From NCBI GenBank assembly GCA_946965045.2, contig OX337238.1, positions 496,001-560,000 of the forward strand: 64,000 nucleotides of DNA. The letters run 5' to 3'. The first letter of the stretch is position 1. Every line of letters begins with the position of its first letter. Shown here one piece after another: positions 58,072 to 64,000 of this stretch. The translations under genes were made by a program, and so were the position numbers. The notes under the pieces were generated by a model. That model saw only the letters and a list, made by a program, of their open reading frames with translations, made no database searches and was not told the DNA's origin. Source of the DNA: Epithemia pelagica. Its lineage: Eukaryota > Protista > Bacillariophyta.

Positions 58072-58445
58072 GAGGTCTGGGTGTGTTGTTGCAATTCTGG
58101 GGTTTTTCTGTAGAACGGCAATCTAGGTGCAAAACTTGATGCCAAAAGTGACGTCATGTACTGCGGTCTCAGGCGTTAGGGGCGTTACGCGACCGATCGT
58201 TGCCGTCTTCGGACGACGTACCGACCTTCAAAGACACCGGCATGGCCTATGCGGCCGATTGCGGATGCGTCAGACAAGAACGAGAGAGTCTCCATTCTCC
58301 ATGATGTGTTGGAGTAAAACAATTAACAATTAACAACTGGCCAAGTCCATGACGAAGGGACGAGTGTGCCCTTTTGAAATACGAAGTGTCCTTACTTCTA
58401 GTCTTTCTCTTTTTCATCTAGCTTGGAATCCACACAATTCGACGC

Positions 58446-59402
58446 ATGATGATGAAGAAACAAGCAGAGACTAGATGCCGTCTCCGTGGTTGGCATTATT
58501 ATTGCAGCTTTGTGGGTAACGTTGATGGGGCCTTGACTGGTGTTGTGTGGTTCTTGCTTTTGTGGCAAATTCACTGCGTGAACGGGACGCAGGCTGCATT
58601 TGTCAGTCGAGAAACAAGAGCCACCCTTGGGCGTGGTATCCACCGTCCCTGTACTCCATCCCGGTTGCCTCGTCTCTTGTCACGTATGGAAGACGACGAC
58701 GACAAGGAGGAAGAAGATCGAAACAACAATGCGGTCGCACAGCAACGGCGCCAAGATGTTGCGTCCTTGGACGATGCCAACAATGGTATTTTTTCTCGAT
58801 TTTTGAATCCTCGGATTGACGATCCCGCCCTCCCTCTCTCTGATGCCCTGGTGGCCCAAATTATTGCTCCGTCCTTGGAGGTGGCCTGGTTGGCCCTCAA
58901 TCGAGCTCCCTCTCCAACATGGCTTCAACCCATTGTTCCCAAGTCGCTTATTGTGCCCAAATTTTCGCGAGGATCCTTGTTGGCACCGGCCCTGATTCAT
59001 GGTGCCGCCTTGGCAGTCTGTTGGTTGGCCGGAGCCTTGGCGGCACGCGCGTACGAACGAGATGCCTTGATATGGCCCATTGACGAAGGAGACGGTGGTT
59101 CATCCTCCTCCCAACGAGATGATCCGTACAAGAATAGCTTGCAAACCAGTCCATCCAATCGACCTCGAGGAGCTCCTTTGGCGGTCTTGCAGGCCGGTGC
59201 CTTTGCCACGGGTCTCTTGATTTTGGGCACACAGTTGGATTTGTTTCTCGAGTTTGGCAATCGCTACGTCCAACTCGGGGAATCGCCCGAGACGGACTTT
59301 CGCATTCAAGTAGCAGTGGTGGAACTGGTCAATGACGTTGTCTTTGAAGCCGTCACCATGGTTTCGTGGAGATTGTATCTGGCGGCGCAACAGCCAAGAT
59401 AG
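58446..59402 (+). CDS. Hypothetical membrane protein, probably plastid-targeted
   Basis: Hydrophobic leader followed by QA-AFVS (ASAF-like cleavage motif), R-rich transit-like stretch and several TM helices; exact start uncertain. Confidence 0.6.
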   Translation: MMMKKQAETRCRLRGWHYYCSFVGNVDGALTGVVWFLLLWQIHCVNGTQAAFVSRETRATLGRGIHRPCTPSRLPRLLSRMEDDDDKEEEDRNNNAVAQQRRQDVASLDDANNGIFSRFLNPRIDDPALPLSDALVAQIIAPSLEVAWLALNRAPSPTWLQPIVPKSLIVPKFSRGSLLAPALIHGAALAVCWLAGALAARAYERDALIWPIDEGDGGSSSSQRDDPYKNSLQTSPSNRPRGAPLAVLQAGAFATGLLILGTQLDLFLEFGNRYVQLGESPETDFRIQVAVVELVNDVVFEAVTMVSWRLYLAAQQPR

Positions 59403-59638
59403 TACGCTAATAAAAGCATAACAGCCAGTTTTTGTTACGCGGCATATCTAGGAGTCAGTTGTCTCTATATTGTACCATGAGATTTGTGCGACAATGTTTC
59501 AATTTAGAACTTTATACACTATCAACAAGATTAATCTCTACACCACTTCAAACCACCAATGAACACGACCTTCCGTTGCAGGCATAGCTTCCAGACTCCA
59601 GGTGTTTTCGAAAGGTTTTGATACCTTATTGAATCCAT

Positions 59639-61750
59639 TCATGCTTGTGTCGCAACAATGTTTCGTTCCTCGGTAGTTTCCGAACCGCACAGCAGCAAAA
59701 AGTCATCCATATCAAAGTTGCCGCAAACCGACATGGTTTGGCACCAATCGGTATTGAAAGACAAGGAGCGAGAACAACAACCATCCAATCCTGCACCACA
59801 CGAATCGAGACTGCAACAAGCTCCAAACTCGTTCCAGTTCGTCATGGTCTTGTCACCCGACAGACATCCATCCTGCGACGTCATCCGGGCATCCTGGTTG
59901 CTTCCACTCCCACCACCCTCGGTTTCGTCACCCTCTAGCGGTTCCGAGGTCACTGTTACTTTGGAATACTTTAACCCCGTCACCGGATCGGTTCGAACGG
60001 CTTCTGTTCGGGTCATTTTTCGATTGTGCAACACGCGGCTGGTTCGGAAAATCTGTGTCCCATCGGCCAGTGTCTCGGAGGTACCCGTCCAGGCCGCGCT
60101 GCAAGTCGGAGGGGGAGTCATTAGTGTTGGTCCTGCAGTGCTTCCACCGCCGCCGCTGCTCTCTACAAGTATATCCTGTGCGCTTCTGAGGGACAAACAG
60201 GGACCGGGTGTATCGACAATGGGCTTGGATCCCAACGACACGTGACTTCCAAACACCTCGGCAAATACTTGGTAGGGGTCTCGGAAAGGCTTCCATCTCC
60301 TGGCACGGTACAGAAGCTGCAGCGGCCCACCAAACAATCGATTGGTTTCACCTTCTGTGTAGTGGATGTCGCCCTTGACATCTGCTCCTCCGGAAGTCGA
60401 CGTGGAGTTCATCAAGGGCGGTGGCGGAGCATGGGAGTCAAAGGATCCCAATGAACTCATGCCGCAAGCAGTCATGGAGAGAAAGTTGGGCATGGGAACA
60501 GTGTCCGACGCCTCTTTTGTTGCTGCTTTTGGTGGTTGTGATTGTGATTGCGTTTGAGAGTCGGTCAGACCCTTCTGTAAGGTTGGTGAAGATGTGGCGG
60601 ATCGTGTCGCACTCCCAAAATCCAACGAGAGTGACAGAGGGGAAGATGCCACACTTTCGGTTTGCCTTGTTGTGGTTGTTTTGAGTGCTCCAATGGGAGT
60701 TCCCAATGGCATGTGAATGCGACCTGATGATTTTGGACTGTGTGTAAAACTACAGTCTGAAGAGCAATCGGAACAGTCATCATCATGATTCTCCGCAAGG
60801 GAAGAATCACTCGAAGACACCGGCTCAATACTAGGAATGGTTGCAACCATTGGAGCAACGCTGCTCTTGACTGCCTTTTCTTCCTCAATCACGTCGCTTT
60901 CCTCGCCGAGATTGCCGAACCCCCGGAGAAAGGCCAACTGACCGATAAGGCGTACCGCAAAATTATCCATGGCGTTGTCTTTTTGGTCTTCGCTTCCCTT
61001 GGTACCATTTTCAGTGGTCAATGGTTTGCCACCAACACAAACCTTGCCTTGAAGAATGCTGTTGGATCTTGTTCGCTCCTCATACTTTTCTCGGAGCAAA
61101 ACATCGCAGCGCGTCCGCGTTTCCCGGTCTACCAAGGTTTCGTAGGAAGCTGCCAAAATGTCAAACACATGTTTCCGTCGGCTGCGCTCCTCGGCCGAGA
61201 TGGATCCCCCGCAGCATCTTCCCGGGTGATGCCAGAGCGCCAATCGTCGATAGGCTTGCTGAATTTCAAAGGTTGTGGCGTCCCTTCGGACTTGCAACAC
61301 TTGGTAGGGGCTGACAATCAAAGGGTATCCGGTACGCGCCGCTTCGGCTGCCGCCTTGGCCAAGGCACTGTCCCCAGATGCCAGCATGGTAAGAATCATG
61401 GCGTTCCGCATCGAGTCGGACCGGTTGCGACGAGAGCGTGACACCACGGCGTCATTGTTGGTGGTGGGGATTGGCTCTGTGGTCTGCAAATCGGGCATAC
61501 CCAGCAGGGCTTGCTGTGTGTTTCGAAATCGTTCGGCAAAGTCTTCCAACGAATCTTTCCGTTCAATGGAGGGAAAGTCTTTTTCATGGCCAGAGGTTGA
61601 GGAGGTGACCACCATCTCTTTGCTATTACAGCCACCCTCTGCGTCCCCTACAATCTCATCATCGCCTGTTTCATCTTCATCCCATAAACCGGAATACCAA
61701 TCCAACTCAAAAAAGCAGATATTGGCCACAGAGGCTGGAGATCGCGCCAT
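59639..61750 (-). CDS. J-domain-like protein with non-canonical HPG motif (703 aa)
   Basis: PYQVLQVRRDATTFEIQQAYRRLALWHHPGR...FDILAASYETLVDRETRTRCD; later FRDPYQVFAEVFGS. Confidence 0.8.
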   Translation of the reverse strand: MARSPASVANICFFELDWYSGLWDEDETGDDEIVGDAEGGCNSKEMVVTSSTSGHEKDFPSIERKDSLEDFAERFRNTQQALLGMPDLQTTEPIPTTNNDAVVSRSRRNRSDSMRNAMILTMLASGDSALAKAAAEAARTGYPLIVSPYQVLQVRRDATTFEIQQAYRRLALWHHPGRCCGGSISAEERSRRKHVFDILAASYETLVDRETRTRCDVLLREKYEERTRSNSILQGKVCVGGKPLTTENGTKGSEDQKDNAMDNFAVRLIGQLAFLRGFGNLGEESDVIEEEKAVKSSVAPMVATIPSIEPVSSSDSSLAENHDDDCSDCSSDCSFTHSPKSSGRIHMPLGTPIGALKTTTTRQTESVASSPLSLSLDFGSATRSATSSPTLQKGLTDSQTQSQSQPPKAATKEASDTVPMPNFLSMTACGMSSLGSFDSHAPPPPLMNSTSTSGGADVKGDIHYTEGETNRLFGGPLQLLYRARRWKPFRDPYQVFAEVFGSHVSLGSKPIVDTPGPCLSLRSAQDILVESSGGGGSTAGPTLMTPPPTCSAAWTGTSETLADGTQIFRTSRVLHNRKMTRTEAVRTDPVTGLKYSKVTVTSEPLEGDETEGGGSGSNQDARMTSQDGCLSGDKTMTNWNEFGACCSLDSCGAGLDGCCSRSLSFNTDWCQTMSVCGNFDMDDFLLLCGSETTEERNIVATQA

Positions 61751-63474
61751 GCTGATGCTACAACCCCAAGGAAGCTATCCCACCACAGAGCTTTTCCTGT
61801 TTCAATCTACCACCAGCAGGAGTAGTTGATCTTTTTTCCTCGGCAGTTTCCCAGGTTGAGAAACCGGGGGGGTGGTGTATTTCTGTCGAGATTATGAAAA
61901 AGAGACGTTGTGTTGAATGAGTGAGACCCTCTACACCACAATCGCAGTTCCACGATGATTCTATGTACGCCCTTCTCTTCTTGGTGCACCCAACCGTACT
62001 CGGTGTTGTTATGCTCTACCGATCTTCCGTTGAGAGTTGAGAAAGGTTGGGTCCAAAGAAATCCGTTCGACACAGTCATTCACAAAACGTGGAGCCTTGT
62101 TGGAGCACGCGGAAGTCTTATTGCCAAATTTTGGTCCACCGGCGCGTTGCTAGAAAATTTCATCTTGCTCACATTCTTCCGCACACCAACCTACCTTGTT
62201 AGAGACTGATCGGATCGGAATGCCTTTTTGTCTCTGGTTTCATGACATGACAGTCAATGACTATGTTGTTAAAGGAGAAGCCGAATGCTCAAGATCGAGA
62301 TGACGATCTTCCCGTATTGCAAGAGCAGAACAAGAGAACGATGCGGTGCGGCTCGCCGTGTTAGCATCGACGCCCAACTCGCATTCTCATTCTACCAAGC
62401 CACACACCACAACCTTCTTGGTCCAACGCCGGCCGAGCACCGTGTTTCTAAGTACCAAAAATGTGATCCTACTGGAGGCATGTCTTCCTAGATATTAGCG
62501 ACCACCTTCATCCGTTGAACCTACTTTTCAGTATTGCCCTAATCGGATTAAGAGAACGGACTCGTGCTTTTTACGCTGAAGGATATTGCACAGCAGAAGA
62601 GACGAAGTCTCCTCACAAAAAAATCCACGATGGCTGCAATCCGCAATGCTCCATGACCTGTGCACCTCCATGCCTTATCATCCACTTTTGACAGCCGACG
62701 CATGTGGGCTGACAACCAGACGTTCTCATGAACGAAACCAACGAATAGCGGCAGCAGGAACATGAGCATGAGCGAGATGAGGGAAGCTGTAAAGTTTAGT
62801 CCTTCCATCTCAGCAATGGGCCCTGTATGCACTCCGATGTAGAATCGGGTGACCTAACATTGCAGAGAAACTGAAAGCAGTGTGTCGACTGAGGACGACA
62901 TGCAACGGTGGATCTCCTTAGGAGCCAAAAGGATCCGAAACGGTGGGATGAACTGACAAATGATGAAGCGCAACCAAAAACGAATCCGCAATCGAGATCA
63001 GTGAATATTTGCATGTCAATATCTGATCACCCTATTGCTGTGCCTTCGTCGAATCGATCGGGGCAAGCATGGGTGTGGAAGGAGAAAACCTTCCATATAT
63101 TCTCAACACTGCTATACTGGAGGGCCTGGAATTTCGCTTGATCTCTCACTGGTCAATAGGCATTTTCATTAGGCGTCAATGTGCTGTTATCAATGTCTGG
63201 AAGGCATTCAATATCTCTACTGTCTAAAGGTGCGTTAGAAAAGGAGAACTTGAGGCATTCGCGGACGAAGCGGAGTGCATTGTAATAATACAATCCACAC
63301 AGAAAGACTATGGCAGTTGAAAAGGAACAGTTTCTGTTAGATTCTACAATCAGACGTCACTGGTCTATGTCTATCGAGCAAGAAACTGTACACGGTCCAA
63401 GTCATGTTTTGGCCAACGCGAGTAAAAAAGAGTGGATGCGTGTGCATGCTCATGGTTGGTGGATCGTTGTTCAT

Positions 63475-64000
63475 TTAGAAAATCCATGCTTGTTCATTTT
63501 CCGCCTTGAGCTTGTTCCACTCTTGTAAATCGGATTTGGAAGCCCACATGCGTAGCGTATCCTTCAGTCGTTCTTGATCCACGACATTGTATCCCTTGAG
63601 CCGCAACATGCATCGATCCAACTCTTGTTCGGTGAGTTTGAAATCTTGATTCGTATCGGACCGAATAATAGCGGCAAACACATCTTGCAACTGCTGCGCG
63701 TCCAAAATTTTCTGTCAATATCACAAACGATTCGGAACAAGACGCCAGATATGGGTTACAAACATGAGAATATGTGAATGGCGACTCTTGGCAATATCAC
63801 GAATCGCATCGATGGAACATACCTTCATTTGTTTCTGAATTTCTCCATTTTCTTGAACCAACTTCTTCATATCCTCCACGTTGGTACCACTTTCTTGGCA
63901 AATTTTGTAGAACTGATGGTCCAATTCCTTCAATTCCCCAACCTCTACAGCGAGTCGGTCGTTTTCCTTGGTAAAACGACTATTTTGTACCGTCAAACGA
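63475..64000 (-). CDS. 3' exons of a coiled-coil hypothetical protein whose start lies beyond the window
   Basis: ORFs 63721-63996 and 63475-63705 join plausibly across GTATGT intron; AIIRSDTNQDFKLTEQELDR. Confidence 0.5.

Noticed and set aside
62548-63141. Hydrophobic short ORFs that might be a small membrane-protein gene
   Set aside because: Could not assemble exons or identify a family with confidence

Overview
Eukaryotic, gene-dense (~50% GC) window with short GT-AG introns; the gene and transposon families point to a diatom (inference). Host genes: 5'-truncated SET / aminopropyltransferase / AdoMetDC-like / Tudor fusion (candidate long-chain polyamine enzyme), type II membrane protein, thymidine phosphorylase, CWC27-like cyclophilin, two tandem calpain-like proteases with BAR-like N-termini, kelch and ankyrin proteins, class C-like GPCR, a large membrane protein split by a retrotransposon, mannose-6-phosphate isomerase, DHHC palmitoyltransferase, J-like protein and hypotheticals. 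Mobile DNA: an internally deleted PIF/Harbinger-superfamily element (27-bp TIR, ATT TSD), a MITE, an intact Ty1/copia element and a second copia with an inverted internal segment. Main observations: (1) the intact copia has no tRNA primer-binding site but a 15-nt perfect complement to a segment of its own LTR that starts at an Inr-like TCA, i.e. apparent Tf1-like self-priming; (2) the second copia has a PBS matching the D-arm of initiator tRNA-Met, implying a ~23-25-nt 5' tRNA fragment primer; (3) a compact insertion between the calpains carries a VapD/Cas2-like 92-aa ORF overprinted with a second ORF, next to a duplicated 81-bp hairpin-bearing block. All family calls are from motif recognition by eye; no database searches were run.
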